Positions 19,900 through 30,531 are shown, counted from the first letter of the stretch. The stretch: DNA of 64,000 bases from an uncultured Puniceicoccaceae bacterium (GCA_963933835.1 CAWVVV010000002.1:352001-416000), one strand, 5' to 3'. Notes: a model not told the origin generated them from the letters alone. Translations and numbers: made by a program.

Positions 19900-19947
19900 G
19901 CGCGCCCTTTCACCCTTTTTCTTTTAATCCTCAATATTTGACGACTT

Positions 19948-20367
19948 ATGCCTTTGATGCCCAAACGCACCAAGTATCGGAAGCGCCAGCAAGGCCGTCT
20001 TCGCGGAATCGCGAAGAGTGGCGACACGCTCGCTTTCGGTGACTTCGGCATTCAAGCCCTCGGCCGTGGTGAATTCACTGCCCGCCAGATTGAAGCCGCT
20101 CGTGTCGCGATCAATCGTTACCTTAGCCGTCGTGGTAAGGTCTGGATCCGTGTCTTCCCTCACATGCCGATCACGAAGAAACCGGCAGAAACTCGCCAAG
20201 GTAAAGGTAAGGGCCCAGTTGAATACTGGTGTGCTCAGATCAAGCCAGGTGTGGTTCTTTTTGAACTCACTGGTGTGACTCAAACCCAAGCCCGCGAAGC
20301 AATGCGCCTCGCCGATCGTAAAATCCCTTTCCGTTGCCGCTTCATCTCTAAAGAAGTCTTCGAGTAA
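19948..20367 (+). CDS. rplP: 50S ribosomal protein L16
   Basis: [26 protein letters not shown]. Confidence 0.98.
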   Translation: MPLMPKRTKYRKRQQGRLRGIAKSGDTLAFGDFGIQALGRGEFTARQIEAARVAINRYLSRRGKVWIRVFPHMPITKKPAETRQGKGKGPVEYWCAQIKPGVVLFELTGVTQTQAREAMRLADRKIPFRCRFISKEVFE

Positions 20368-20388
20368 ACCTCTAGCGCTTAAAATCAA

Positions 20389-20598
20389 ATGGCCAGCAAC
20401 ACCAAAGACCTTCGTGAAAACTCAGTCGCCGAGCTTGAAAAACAGCTCCGCGATCACCGCCAGGAACTCCTCGACAGCCGTCTGAAGAAGCAAACTGGTC
20501 AGTTGGAACGCCCACACCTTCTAAGAGAGCTGCGCCGCAGTATCGCCCGAATCGAAACGCTCGTCTGCGAGAAGAAGCGCTCAGCAGCTGCAGCATAA
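20389..20598 (+). CDS. rpmC: 50S ribosomal protein L29
   Basis: LRRSIARIET; position between rplP and rpsQ. Confidence 0.95.
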   Translation: MASNTKDLRENSVAELEKQLRDHRQELLDSRLKKQTGQLERPHLLRELRRSIARIETLVCEKKRSAAAA

Positions 20599-20630
20599 GT
20601 CACCTAATTAATTTCTAAGGAACCCGCACC

Positions 20631-20897
20631 ATGTCAGAACGCAATCGACGCAAGACCTTCACCGGCACTGTTACCAGCTGCTCCGGCGACAAATCGGTCA
20701 AAGTCACCTACGACTATAAAATCCGTCACCCCCTCTACATTAAGGAAGTGAAGCGGAAGACAGTTGTCCACGTCCACGACGAAGAGAACGAAGCCAAGAT
20801 CGGTGACCGCGTAGAAATCATGGAAACTCGCCCAATCAGTAAGCTGAAGCGCTTCCGGGTTGTGCAAGTCATCGAGCGTGCTCCGATTCTCGGATAG
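20631..20897 (+). CDS. rpsQ: 30S ribosomal protein S17
   Basis: HPLYIK, HDEEN, METRPISKLKRF. Confidence 0.97.
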   Translation: MSERNRRKTFTGTVTSCSGDKSVKVTYDYKIRHPLYIKEVKRKTVVHVHDEENEAKIGDRVEIMETRPISKLKRFRVVQVIERAPILG

Positions 20898-20933
20898 AGC
20901 CTTTAACTGGAACGAAAAACAAAAGATTAAGCC

Positions 20934-21299
20934 ATGATTCAAATGCTTTCCAGTGTCGATATTGCCGACAACACAGGTGCCAAATCGGGGAAAATGATCC
21001 GCCGTTTGGGCCAACTGAAGAAAACCGCTTCGATCGGTGATGAGATCGTTATTCACATCCGTGATGCGAGCCCTGACGCCCAGATCAAGAAGGGTAGTGT
21101 TGTTCGCGCCGTTGTCGTGCGCACTCGCGCTCCTGTTCGTCGTGCAGACGGCAGTTACCTGCGTTTTGATAGCAACGCAGTCGTCATCATCAACCCCGAC
21201 GGCCAACCGCGCGGAACTCGTATCTACGGACCGATCGCTCGCGAAGTTCGTCAAAAGAAATTCATGAAGATTGTGAGCTTGGCTCCGGAGGTGTTGTAA
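20934..21299 (+). CDS. rplN: 50S ribosomal protein L14
   Basis: [31 protein letters not shown]. Confidence 0.98.
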   Translation: MIQMLSSVDIADNTGAKSGKMIRRLGQLKKTASIGDEIVIHIRDASPDAQIKKGSVVRAVVVRTRAPVRRADGSYLRFDSNAVVIINPDGQPRGTRIYGPIAREVRQKKFMKIVSLAPEVL

Positions 21300-21301
21300 A
21301 G

Positions 21302-21565
21302 ATGAAGAATAGGATCAAAGCAGGCGACGAAGTCGTCGTTATCGCAGGAAATGACAAAGGCTCACGAGGCAGTGTTCTCAGCGTCATTCCTTCCAAGAAC
21401 CGTGTCCTCGTAGAAAACGTGAACAAGCGCAAGCATCACGAAAAAGCGAAGAGCGAAAACGAGCCGGGTGGCATCACTGAACGTGAGAACCCGATTCATA
21501 TTTCCAATGTCATGCTCGCGAGCCGCTACGACGAAAAAGTCGGCTCGAAGCAAAAGACTTCCTAA
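21302..21565 (+). CDS. rplX: 50S ribosomal protein L24
   Basis: GDEVVVIAGNDKG, PIHISNV. Confidence 0.96.
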   Translation: MKNRIKAGDEVVVIAGNDKGSRGSVLSVIPSKNRVLVENVNKRKHHEKAKSENEPGGITERENPIHISNVMLASRYDEKVGSKQKTS

Positions 21566-21585
21566 TTTTCAAGGAGACTGAGATC

Positions 21586-22152
21586 ATGCCCGTCCCTGTA
21601 TTAAAAAAACATTACCAAGACGCCATCGTTGCCGAGATGAAGAAACTTCACGGCTACGAAAACATCCACGTCGTTCCACAGCTCGAGAAAATCGTGGTGA
21701 ACAGCGGTTTCGATGCTGACATCGATAAGAAGGAGATCATCACGACTCAAAAAGAGATCAGTGCGATCACCGGACAGAACACTGTTATCACTAAAGCGCG
21801 TAAGAGTGTATCGAACTTTAAGCTACGTGAAGGCATGCCAGTCGGCACGATGGTCACGCTCCGTGGTGCTGCGATGTATGAATTTCTCTACCGCCTCATT
21901 GCGGTTGCACTTCCAGGCATCCGTGACTTCCGCGGTGTGCAGGAAAAATTAGATGGCAGTGGTAACTACAACCTCGGTATCGCCGATCACACTATTTTCG
22001 CTGAGATAAACTCAGATGGCAGCAAACGCACCATCGGAATGGATATCAGCTTCGTAACGTCTGCCAAGACAGATGCTGAGGGTCGTGACCTTCTTCGTCT
22101 TTTTGGTATGCCTTTCCGCAAGAAACAAACCAGCACGGCAACCGCCGCCTGA
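21586..22152 (+). CDS. rplE: 50S ribosomal protein L5
   Basis: EKIVVN, ARKSVSNFKLREG, IRDFRG. Confidence 0.97.
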   Translation: MPVPVLKKHYQDAIVAEMKKLHGYENIHVVPQLEKIVVNSGFDADIDKKEIITTQKEISAITGQNTVITKARKSVSNFKLREGMPVGTMVTLRGAAMYEFLYRLIAVALPGIRDFRGVQEKLDGSGNYNLGIADHTIFAEINSDGSKRTIGMDISFVTSAKTDAEGRDLLRLFGMPFRKKQTSTATAA

Positions 22153-22179
22153 GGAATCACCTCTTAACACACTTTTGCT

Positions 22180-22485
22180 ATGGCCAAAAAGGCAATGATC
22201 GAACGGGACAAGAAGCGCGCACGGACTATTGAAAAGTTCGCTGCAAAACGCGCTGAACTGAAGCGCATAATGGCGGATCCTAAAACGACCGACGACGAGT
22301 TCTATGCAGCGATGCACAAACTCGCTAAACTCCCTCGTGACTCCAGCCCTGTGCGTTTGCGTAACCGCTGTAGCATCACTGGCCGCCCTCGTGCCTTCAT
22401 CCGCAAATACGGCGTTAGCCGGATTACCTTCCGCGAACTTGCCTCCCAAGGTAAGCTTCCTGGTGTAACCAAGTCTTCCTGGTAA
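22180..22485 (+). CDS. rpsN: 30S ribosomal protein S14 (long, zinc-free type)
   Basis: 101 aa, [22 protein letters not shown]; single Cys. Confidence 0.97.
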   Translation: MAKKAMIERDKKRARTIEKFAAKRAELKRIMADPKTTDDEFYAAMHKLAKLPRDSSPVRLRNRCSITGRPRAFIRKYGVSRITFRELASQGKLPGVTKSSW

Positions 22486-22522
22486 TCCACCGCGACGAAA
22501 CTTCTGCAAAGGAACATATTAT

Positions 22523-22915
22523 ATGTCTGACAGCATCAGCGACTTCCTGACCATCATCCGAAATGCCTACGGGGCAAACAAGGACACGTGCTCAGCGAAA
22601 TACTCAAAGATCCACCGCGCGATCGCCCAAATCCTGAAGGATGAGGGTTACCTCAAATCCGTCGACGATGGCGAGGACAGCAACGGGCACAAGTGCCTCG
22701 TCCTCAGCCTGAAGTATGTCGACGACACCCCGGCACTCTTGGGCATCAAGCGAGTTAGCCGTCCAGGTCGCCGTCTCTATTTTCAGTCCACCGAAATCCC
22801 CCGAACATTGGGTGGATTGGGTGTGGGCATTCTTACCACCTCCCGTGGTGTCTTGGGTGATCGCGATGCCCGTCAACAAAACGTCGGCGGCGAGCTCATC
22901 TGCTCTGTCTGGTAA
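22523..22915 (+). CDS. rpsH: 30S ribosomal protein S8
   Basis: DFLTIIRNA, RVSRPGRRLY, GGELIC. Confidence 0.97.
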   Translation: MSDSISDFLTIIRNAYGANKDTCSAKYSKIHRAIAQILKDEGYLKSVDDGEDSNGHKCLVLSLKYVDDTPALLGIKRVSRPGRRLYFQSTEIPRTLGGLGVGILTTSRGVLGDRDARQQNVGGELICSVW

Positions 22916-22944
22916 TCGACCTATAAGTTCTGGAGATCCCCCCC

Positions 22945-23484
22945 ATGAGTCGTATTGGAAAACTTCCTGTATCCATCCCTGACAAAGTTAAAGTCGCGGT
23001 CGATGGATCATCCATCAAAGTCGAGGGCCCGAAGGGCAAACTCGAGCAATCCTTCAACCCAACCGTCATCACGCTGAAGCAAGAAAACGGCGCTGTTGTC
23101 GTTGAGCCTGTCGGTAACAGCCGTCATGCGAAAGCGATGTATGGCACTGCGCGTTCACTTATCAACGGAATGGTTGTGGGTGTAACGACGGGCTTCATGA
23201 AGCAGCTTGAAATCAACGGTGTTGGTTTTCGTGCCACCATTCAGGGCAAGAACGTTAAGCTCGAGCTCGGCTATTCGCACGATATCATCCACCCGATTCC
23301 TGCAGGCGTTACCGTCACGATGGATGGCCAGACAAAGATGAAAGTCGAAGGTGCCGACAAGCAGAAGGTCGGACAGTTTGCAGCTCACGTTAAGAGCTTC
23401 TACCCAGTTGAGCCTTACAAGGGCAAGGGTGTCACGATTGTTGGTGATTACGTTCGCCGCAAGGAAGGTAAGAAGAGCGGATAA
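22945..23484 (+). CDS. rplF: 50S ribosomal protein L6
   Basis: MSRIGK, GVGFRA, LGYSH, EPYKGKG. Confidence 0.98.
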   Translation: MSRIGKLPVSIPDKVKVAVDGSSIKVEGPKGKLEQSFNPTVITLKQENGAVVVEPVGNSRHAKAMYGTARSLINGMVVGVTTGFMKQLEINGVGFRATIQGKNVKLELGYSHDIIHPIPAGVTVTMDGQTKMKVEGADKQKVGQFAAHVKSFYPVEPYKGKGVTIVGDYVRRKEGKKSG

Positions 23485-23521
23485 TCGCCTCGCGGCCTGA
23501 CTCACTCCAAGGAGACATACG

Positions 23522-23884
23522 ATGAATTTACAACATAAGAAAATGCTCCGCCAGAAGCGTATCTGGCGCATCCGCAAAAAGGTTTCCGGCACCGCTGAGT
23601 GCCCGCGTCTTTGCGTGACTTTCTCAAACAAGCACATCTACGCTCAAGCTATCGATGACGAAGCGGGTCGCACTCTTGTGTCGATTGCTTCGACTGAGAA
23701 GGCTGTTCGTGAGCAGTCCTTGCGTGCGAATGTTGGCGGTGCTACTGAACTCGGTAAGCAACTCGGCGAAAAAGCTAAGACTGCTGGTATCGAATCAGTC
23801 GTTTTCGACCGTCACGGTCGGCGCTATCATGGCCGCGTCCGTGAGTTCGCCAACGCCGTTCGCGCTGCAGGAATCAAATTCTAA
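23522..23884 (+). CDS. rplR: 50S ribosomal protein L18
   Basis: SNKHIYAQ, VVFDR, YHGRV. Confidence 0.97.
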   Translation: MNLQHKKMLRQKRIWRIRKKVSGTAECPRLCVTFSNKHIYAQAIDDEAGRTLVSIASTEKAVREQSLRANVGGATELGKQLGEKAKTAGIESVVFDRHGRRYHGRVREFANAVRAAGIKF

Positions 23885-23896
23885 TACACCCGTCGT

Positions 23897-24703
23897 ATGA
23901 CTGAAGAAAACAAAGACTCTCCGGAAGAAATTTCAGCTCCATCTACTCCACCTGTAGCCCCTAGCCTGAACCCTGAACAGGGTTCCGACATCATCGGTGC
24001 TGCAGCAGAGAAAGAAAAGCGCGGTAGCGCTGTTCTTGGAATGGTCGAGCCATCGGCTGCATCGAGAGAGCAAGACTCACGTCGTGGCGGTGGCGGTCGC
24101 GGTCGCGGCGGTCGTGGTGGCCCAGGTCGCGGTGGCCCAGGTCGCGGTGGCCCAGGTCGTGGTGGCCCAGGCGGCGGTCGTGGTCGCGGTGGCCCAGGTG
24201 GTCGTGGTCGTGGACGTCGTGGTCAGCAACGCCCTCAAGAAGAGGATAGCGGACTGATCGAGAAGGTCGTCAACATCAACCGTTGCGCTAAGGTTGTCGC
24301 TGGTGGACGTCGTTTCAGCTTTTCTGCACTCGTCGTCGTAGGCGATGGCGAAGGTAATGTCGGTGTTGGCTACGGTAAAGCAAAGGAAGTACCTGAATGC
24401 ATTCGCAAGGGAACTGAAAAGGCCAAGGCAAACATGAAGCCGATCAATCGCCGCAACAATACCATCCCACACCCCGTTATCGGTGAACATGATGGTGGGC
24501 GCGTGATGCTCCGCCCTGCAACTCCCGGAACCGGTGTCATTGCTGGTGGTGGTGTGCGTGCGGTGCTCGAAGCAGCTGGGATTAAGGACGTGCTGACGAA
24601 GAGTCTCCGTTCAAACAACCCCCTTGCGACCGTTAATGCTACGCTCGATGCTCTCAAACAGCTCCGTTCTAAAGAACAAATCTACGCGCTTCGTCGCGGC
24701 TAA
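23897..24703 (+). CDS. rpsE: 30S ribosomal protein S5 with long N-terminal extension
   Basis: [24 protein letters not shown]; about 118 extra N-terminal residues including an RGG tract. Confidence 0.96.
   Translation: MTEENKDSPEEISAPSTPPVAPSLNPEQGSDIIGAAAEKEKRGSAVLGMVEPSAASREQDSRRGGGGRGRGGRGGPGRGGPGRGGPGRGGPGGGRGRGGPGGRGRGRRGQQRPQEEDSGLIEKVVNINRCAKVVAGGRRFSFSALVVVGDGEGNVGVGYGKAKEVPECIRKGTEKAKANMKPINRRNNTIPHPVIGEHDGGRVMLRPATPGTGVIAGGGVRAVLEAAGIKDVLTKSLRSNNPLATVNATLDALKQLRSKEQIYALRRG
24110..24196 (+). repeat. 15-bp coding tandem repeat GGTCG(C/T)GGTGGCCCA encoding GRGGP
   Basis: Four adjacent copies 24110-24169 and a fifth at 24182-24196, inside rpsE. Confidence 0.9.
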
Positions 24704-24756
24704 TATTTCCTCGGGAGTCATTCCCGTCTCACTAAAACTTCAATACTTTTTCAGTC

Positions 24757-25239
24757 ATGCGACTCCACAATTTACCTAAGAGCGGCGGTTTTAAAAAGCG
24801 CAAGCGTATCGGCCGCGGTGAAGGCGGCGGCCGTGGTAAGACCTCTGGCCGTGGACACAAAGGTCAGCGTTCACGTTCCGGCTTCAGTCAACGTCCAGGT
24901 TTCGAGTCTGGTCACATCCCACTTTACCGTAAGCTGCCAAAGCGCGGTTTCAGCAACTTCCAGTTCCGCGTTGATTTTGACGTTGTGAACTTGGGTGACC
25001 TCGATCGCCTCGAAGTTGATATAGTGGATCGCGCTACGCTCATTGAGGCCGGACTTCTTCGCTCCAGCTCTAAGCTGTTCAAGATTCTCGGTACCGGTGA
25101 AATTAGCCGGAAGGTAACCATTTCCGCCCACAAGTTTTCTGCTTCTGCCAAAACTAAGATTGAAGCTGCTGGTGGAGAAGTTCTTCTCCTCAGCGCCCCA
25201 GTCGAAGAAAAAGAGGAAGAGGCCGAAGGCGAAGCTTAA
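24757..25239 (+). CDS. rplO: 50S ribosomal protein L15
   Basis: [22 protein letters not shown]. Confidence 0.97.
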   Translation: MRLHNLPKSGGFKKRKRIGRGEGGGRGKTSGRGHKGQRSRSGFSQRPGFESGHIPLYRKLPKRGFSNFQFRVDFDVVNLGDLDRLEVDIVDRATLIEAGLLRSSSKLFKILGTGEISRKVTISAHKFSASAKTKIEAAGGEVLLLSAPVEEKEEEAEGEA

Positions 25240-25241
25240 TC

Positions 25242-25268
25242 GAGAACGTCTTTCGTGACGTTTTTTTT
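25242..25268 (+). terminator. Weak terminator/attenuator-like hairpin between rplO and secY
   Basis: AACGTC-TTTCGT-GACGTT followed by a T run. Confidence 0.45.
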
Positions 25269-25324
25269 CGATCCCGCACTAGCAGACGCTAGCCCATTGA
25301 ACTGTTGTCCGACCCGCTCGCCCG

Positions 25325-26851
25325 ATGATCTCAGCTTTCTTCAATAGTTTTAAAATCCCTGAATTGCGGGACAAAATTTTTATCACCCTCTTTCTCCTCT
25401 TTATTGCGAGAATGGGTGCTAACATCCCGCTCCCAGGCCTAGATCCGTCGCCGCTTCAGGATTACTTTAAGGCTCAGAGTGAATCCGGGCAGGGAGGAAT
25501 GCTTTCTCTCTATAACATGTTTACTGGGGGAGCGCTTGCTCAAGGAGCTTTGTTCACCCTCGGCATCATGCCGTACATCAGTGCGTCGATTATTTTTCAG
25601 CTCCTCGGTGCCGCTGTTCCGAGCCTCGCTCGTCTACAGCAAGAGGGCGAAACCGGCCGCCAAAAGATTGCTCAGTACACCCGCTATGCAACCGTCGTCA
25701 TTTGCTTGATCCAAGCGAGCTTGATGGTCGGATCTATGCTCAACCCGGGTAAGGTTTTCCAAGGTTACTCAGTTGAGAACTACGGAGCGATCGTGATCAC
25801 CGATCCGATGTGGTTTAGCATTACAGCGGTCATTTTCCTTACGGGTGGAACGGTCCTGCTCATGTGGATCGGCGAGCAAATCACCAGTCGCGGAATTGGT
25901 AATGGTATTTCGCTTCTCATTACGATCGGTATTTTGTCCGATCTACCGGGAGCACTCAGTCTAACTTACGGACTCTTCCAACGTCCGGATGCAGCGACGG
26001 ACCCGATCCTTCGATGGGAGATGGGAATCGTCATGCTCGCCTTCCTTGTCCTTGTCGTGGCAGGGGTCGTCATGATCGTGCAAGCGGTTCGACGCATCCC
26101 GGTACAGCACGCAAAGCGTGTCGTCGGGCGCAAAGTCTTTGGCGGTCAGAGCAGTTTCCTGCCTCTCAAGGTCAACTACTCCGGGGTTATGCCGATCATC
26201 TTTGGTTCGGCGATTCTGATGTTTTTCGTCACGATCTTCCCCCCCCTCGGTAACCTCCTTGGTAACGAAAACTGGTTTGGTCGCGCCGTGATCGCATTTG
26301 GTAACTTGTTTAACCCAGGTGCGTGGACCTACTACCTCTTCTTTGGAACACTCATTTTCGGATTCAGCTACGTCTGGGTATCGATGATGTTCAAGCCGAC
26401 GCAGATTGCTGACGACTTGAAGAAAAACGGCGGCTATGTCCCCGGTGTTCGCCCAGGGGAACCGACCGCGAAGTATCTCGATTTTATTATGACCCGGCTG
26501 ACTTTTGCCGGTGCCATCTTCCTCGTCTTTATCGCTATCTTGCCGAACATGGTGAGCGGTGCCCTTGGCATCCCTTACAAGGCAGCACAGTTTTTCGGCG
26601 GCACCGGTTTGTTGATTATCGTCGGTGTGTTGCTCGATCTCCTTCGCCAGATTGAGACGTATCTCCTGCAGCGGCACTACGATGGTTTCCTCAAGAAGGG
26701 GCGCATCCGTGGTAAGAGTGTTGGTCGCACGCGTAATTTGGTTGATACAACGGGTATTTCCGAAACGAAGCCTGCTTGGCGCTGGCTCGCCCTCATGTTT
26801 GTCTCCGGACTCGTGGCATGGGTGATTACCACGTTCGATCTCGTCGGTTAG
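25325..26851 (+). CDS. secY: Preprotein translocase subunit SecY
   Basis: LGIMPYISASII, GIGNGISLLI, GYVPGVRPGEPT, GGTGLLIIVGV. Confidence 0.98.
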   Translation: MISAFFNSFKIPELRDKIFITLFLLFIARMGANIPLPGLDPSPLQDYFKAQSESGQGGMLSLYNMFTGGALAQGALFTLGIMPYISASIIFQLLGAAVPSLARLQQEGETGRQKIAQYTRYATVVICLIQASLMVGSMLNPGKVFQGYSVENYGAIVITDPMWFSITAVIFLTGGTVLLMWIGEQITSRGIGNGISLLITIGILSDLPGALSLTYGLFQRPDAATDPILRWEMGIVMLAFLVLVVAGVVMIVQAVRRIPVQHAKRVVGRKVFGGQSSFLPLKVNYSGVMPIIFGSAILMFFVTIFPPLGNLLGNENWFGRAVIAFGNLFNPGAWTYYLFFGTLIFGFSYVWVSMMFKPTQIADDLKKNGGYVPGVRPGEPTAKYLDFIMTRLTFAGAIFLVFIAILPNMVSGALGIPYKAAQFFGGTGLLIIVGVLLDLLRQIETYLLQRHYDGFLKKGRIRGKSVGRTRNLVDTTGISETKPAWRWLALMFVSGLVAWVITTFDLVG

Positions 26852-26899
26852 GAGTGTCCTGCCTGGACGCTTCTATTCTGCAAAGAGCAAGGAGTTCGA

Positions 26900-27673
26900 A
26901 TGATCCCGATAAAAACGGAGAGCGAGCTCACTCAAATGCGGGCCGCCGGTAAAATTGCCGCCAACGTTCTCGCCAAACTCAAGAAGCTCGTTGAGCCGGG
27001 GGTGAATACCTACGATCTCGACCAAGAGGGGAAGCGATTGATCGAAGCGTATGGCGCGACGAGTGCGTGCTATAATTATCCCAATGGGGCTCTTCGCTTT
27101 CCTGCCTACACCTGCCTTTCCGTAAACGACGAAATCGTCCATGGTATCGGCGATATCAAACGAGTTTTGCAAGAAGGCGATATCATCGCGCTCGACGTAA
27201 GCATTGTTTACGATGGGTGGATTGGTGATAACGCCTTTACTGTCCCAGTGGGCGAAGTCTCTTCTGCCGTTCAAAAACTGCTGGATGAATCCAAGCGCGC
27301 TCTGGATCTTGCGATCGATGAGGCGCGTCCGGGTAATCGCGTCGGATTCATCTCGAATCGCGTGCAGTCACACATTCTTCCGCTGGGCTTGGGAATCGTT
27401 CGCGATTTTGTTGGCCATGGGGTGGGGCGGACGATGCACGAGGCTCCGCAGATCCCTAATTTCGGACCCCGCAAGCGCGGAGAAACGCTGCGCCCTGGAA
27501 TGACCCTCGCGATTGAGCCTATGATCACGATGGGCAACGGTAAGATCCGCATGGGCACTGATGGATGGACCGCTTTGAGCGCAGATGCATCGCCTGCTGC
27601 TCACTTCGAACACACCGTCCTAGTGACAAAAAATGATCCTGAAATTCTCACCACCCCGGACCCCGAGATTTAA
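26900..27673 (+). CDS. map: Methionine aminopeptidase type I
   Basis: SVNDEIVHG, GHGVG, HEAP, AIEPM, AHFEHT. Confidence 0.97.
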   Translation: MIPIKTESELTQMRAAGKIAANVLAKLKKLVEPGVNTYDLDQEGKRLIEAYGATSACYNYPNGALRFPAYTCLSVNDEIVHGIGDIKRVLQEGDIIALDVSIVYDGWIGDNAFTVPVGEVSSAVQKLLDESKRALDLAIDEARPGNRVGFISNRVQSHILPLGLGIVRDFVGHGVGRTMHEAPQIPNFGPRKRGETLRPGMTLAIEPMITMGNGKIRMGTDGWTALSADASPAAHFEHTVLVTKNDPEILTTPDPEI

Positions 27674-27708
27674 ACTTGAATTTATCTCAGAAAATATCGG
27701 TGAAAGCC

Positions 27709-27737
27709 TTGACAGCATTTTCTTTGACGCGTTGTCT
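27709..27737 (+). promoter_or_regulatory. Probable alpha-operon promoter
   Basis: TTGACA-17 nt-TTGTCT upstream of rpsM. Confidence 0.45.
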
Positions 27738-27826
27738 GTCCGCTTTTCGCGATAAAACAACGCCTGTTCGTTGTTCTATGCGCATCCCCTTTTTACTTAT
27801 ACTAACTTAAGCTTCATTCTGATCTC

Positions 27827-28198
27827 ATGCCACGGATTCTAGGAGTCGAAATTCCAGCCAATAAGAAAATTCCTTATTCGCTAACCTATATATACGGAAT
27901 CGGTTTAACCACTGCTCAAAAGCTGTGTGTTCAATCTGATCTGGATCAAGATCGACGCGCTCATACATTGAGTGAAGAAGAGCTCAATAAGATCGCTGAA
28001 AGCGCGGTCAAAGAAGGCATCCGTGTTGAGGGTGATCTTCGCCGTGAGATCTCTTCTAACTTGAAGCGTCTCCAAGCGATCCAAAGCTACCGCGGTATCC
28101 GTCACCGTAAAGGACTTCCTGTTCGTGGCCAACGCACTAAGTGCAACGCACGCACTCGTAAGGGTAAGCGCGTCGCAATCGCCGGCAAAAAAGGGTAA
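27827..28198 (+). CDS. rpsM: 30S ribosomal protein S13
   Basis: [26 protein letters not shown]. Confidence 0.98.
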   Translation: MPRILGVEIPANKKIPYSLTYIYGIGLTTAQKLCVQSDLDQDRRAHTLSEEELNKIAESAVKEGIRVEGDLRREISSNLKRLQAIQSYRGIRHRKGLPVRGQRTKCNARTRKGKRVAIAGKKG

Positions 28199-28236
28199 CT
28201 AACTCCCATCCAATACTTTATTTATAACTCATCAAT

Positions 28237-28782
28237 ATGAGCGAAGAAAACACTAAAGAGCAGCAGCCCGAGACTGCCGCCGCGGAAAAGATCGAAGCCA
28301 CCGCGGCCGCCCCTGTGCAAACAGAAGGTGCTGACAAGGCCGAAACCGAGGAAGTAAAGGCAGCGCAACCTTCAGCAGCAGATCTGTTGAAGAGCGAAGT
28401 CGACCTCAATGTCAGAAAAGCTAAGGGCTCAAAGAATATTCATTCTGGGATCGTCAATGTATTGGCGACCTTTAACAATACGAAGGTCTCTTTCTGCGAC
28501 ACCGCGGGAAACGTAGTCTCCTGGTCAAGTGCCGGTAAGATGAGTTTCCGTGGTTCCCGCAAAAGCACTGCCTACGCTGCTCAAGTCGTTACTCAAGACG
28601 CGGGCAAGGTTGCGCTTTCGCACGGAATGAAGGAAGTAGAAATTCGTGTGAAGGGCCCTGGAATGGGTCGTGATAGTGCGATCCGCGCTATTCAATCGCT
28701 CGGCATGACTGTCAGCGCGATCACGGACAACACTCCGATCCCGCACAACGGTTGCCGTCCTAAGAAGCGTCGTCGCGTCTAG
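28237..28782 (+). CDS. rpsK: 30S ribosomal protein S11 with N-terminal extension
   Basis: [31 protein letters not shown]. Confidence 0.97.
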   Translation: MSEENTKEQQPETAAAEKIEATAAAPVQTEGADKAETEEVKAAQPSAADLLKSEVDLNVRKAKGSKNIHSGIVNVLATFNNTKVSFCDTAGNVVSWSSAGKMSFRGSRKSTAYAAQVVTQDAGKVALSHGMKEVEIRVKGPGMGRDSAIRAIQSLGMTVSAITDNTPIPHNGCRPKKRRRV

Positions 28783-28832
28783 GCCCTCCGTCCCTCCTTT
28801 ACTTTCATTTTCGGTTTCTAAATTTTCGACTC

Positions 28833-29441
28833 ATGTCACGTTATACAGGCCCAGCTACACGGATTAATCGCCGTTTCAACATGTCGATCTTCCCGCCTAA
28901 TAAGGCGCAAGAACGCAAGCCTCACCCTCCTGGCCAGCACGGTCCCCGTCTTCGCCGCAAAGTTTCTGAATACGGCCTCGGCCTCAACGAGAAACAAAAG
29001 CTCCGCTACCTTTATGGTCTGACGGAGAAGCAGTTCCGCCGCACTTTTGAAAAAGCAAAGTCGCAACGGGGTGTTACCGGTCAAATCTTTCTCCAGCTTC
29101 TGGACACACGTCTCGATTCGGTCATCTACCATCTCGGTTTCGCTCGCACTCGTCGCGCTGCGCGTCAATTTGTTGCCCACGGTCATGTTAAGATCAATGG
29201 TCACAAGGTAGATATTCCGAGCTACCAAATCATTGGTGGAGAGACGATCGAAGTTCGTGAATCGACCTCATCCCGCCAGTTGGCTACCCGTTCGATCGAA
29301 GACACACGTGTTCGCCCGGTACCAAATTGGATCACTCGCAACGACGACGCGCTCACCGCGACGATCAACCGTTTGCCAACCGCTGAAGAAATTGAAACCG
29401 GGATCAACGTCCAGTTGATCGTGGAATTCTACAGCCGCTAG
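28833..29441 (+). CDS. rpsD: 30S ribosomal protein S4
   Basis: MSRYTGP, PPGQHG, EKQKLR, ARQFVAHGH, IVEFYSR. Confidence 0.98.
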   Translation: MSRYTGPATRINRRFNMSIFPPNKAQERKPHPPGQHGPRLRRKVSEYGLGLNEKQKLRYLYGLTEKQFRRTFEKAKSQRGVTGQIFLQLLDTRLDSVIYHLGFARTRRAARQFVAHGHVKINGHKVDIPSYQIIGGETIEVRESTSSRQLATRSIEDTRVRPVPNWITRNDDALTATINRLPTAEEIETGINVQLIVEFYSR

Positions 29442-29532
29442 TTTCTCTCACGGGACCGGTTGCGCAACTCGATTTGCGCTATTTTGCGGCCCCACCTCAC
29501 CTCGCTGAACACAACCATTTAATAGATCACAC

Positions 29533-30531
29533 ATGGCCATTCGTTTGGGAAAATTTCAGTTGCCGAATCGTCTGATCAAAGACGAGTCGAGTAACGACAT
29601 CTACGGTAAATTTACAGCAGAACCGTTTGAAACCGGTTATGGGCACACGATTGGCAACAGCCTTCGCCGTATCCTTCTTAGTTCGATTGAAGGTGCTGCA
29701 ATTGCATCGATTAAGATCGAAGGCGTTCAGCATGAGTTCCAGAGCATCGAAGGCGTCCTCGAAGACGTGACCGATATCGTCTTGAATCTGAAGAAGGTTC
29801 TCGTCGTGTCGCACAAGCGAGAGTCGACGCGCCTTCTCATTGATGTAACCCGTGAAGGAGCAATCACGGCGGGCGACATTCAGCCTGATGCTGGCATCGA
29901 GATCCTCAACCCTGAGCAAGTCATTTGCACACTAGGTAGTGAGCAGCGCTTCCAAGCAGAAGTAGAAATCCGCGTTGGTCGCGGATATGTTTCTGGCGAA
30001 GACAATAAGATTGAAGAGCAGTCAATTGGCGAAATTTCAGTCGATACACTCTACAGTCCCGTTCGTCTCGTAACATACGACGTTGAGAACTCTCGTGTCG
30101 GTCAAATGACTGACTTCGACCGTCTTATCCTTGAGATCAAAACCGATGGCCGGGTAACGCCTGACGAATGCATCAAGCAAGCGGCTGCGATCATGAAGCA
30201 TCACCTCGATATCTTCGACGAAGTCAGCGACGACGAAGTTCAGTTCGAAAACGCTGGCGCTCAAGTCACCGAAGAGCAGAACAAACTCCGCAAGTTGCTC
30301 AACATGTCTGTTAACGAGATCGAGCTTTCGGTTCGTGCGGCAAACTGCTTGAACAACGCTAACATCACAACGGTTGGTGAGCTTGCGATGAAGTCTGAGC
30401 AGGAAATGCTCAAATACCGTAACTTCGGTAAGAAATCTCTTAACGAGATCAAAGCGAAGCTCGAACAACTCGGCCTTAGCCTCGGTATGAAGCTCGATGA
30501 GCGTCTCCTCGAGAGCCGTGCTGAATTCTAG
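29533..30531 (+). CDS. rpoA: RNA polymerase subunit alpha
   Basis: EPFETGYGHTIGNSLRRILLSS, ELSVRAANCL, NFGKKSLNEI. Confidence 0.99.
   Translation: MAIRLGKFQLPNRLIKDESSNDIYGKFTAEPFETGYGHTIGNSLRRILLSSIEGAAIASIKIEGVQHEFQSIEGVLEDVTDIVLNLKKVLVVSHKRESTRLLIDVTREGAITAGDIQPDAGIEILNPEQVICTLGSEQRFQAEVEIRVGRGYVSGEDNKIEEQSIGEISVDTLYSPVRLVTYDVENSRVGQMTDFDRLILEIKTDGRVTPDECIKQAAAIMKHHLDIFDEVSDDEVQFENAGAQVTEEQNKLRKLLNMSVNEIELSVRAANCLNNANITTVGELAMKSEQEMLKYRNFGKKSLNEIKAKLEQLGLSLGMKLDERLLESRAEF

Noticed and set aside
24704..24756. rpmD (L30) between rpsE and rplO
   Set aside because: Only 53 bp, containing a small hairpin; too short for L30.
27674..27826. Unannotated rpmJ or infA between map and rpsM
   Set aside because: No frame resembling L36 or IF-1; the region looks like promoter and leader.
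29450..29512. GC-rich hairpin between rpsD and rpoA as a named ncRNA
   Set aside because: The hairpin (GCGCAA/TTGCGC core) is plausible, but nothing links it to a known family; it may be a processing or stability element.
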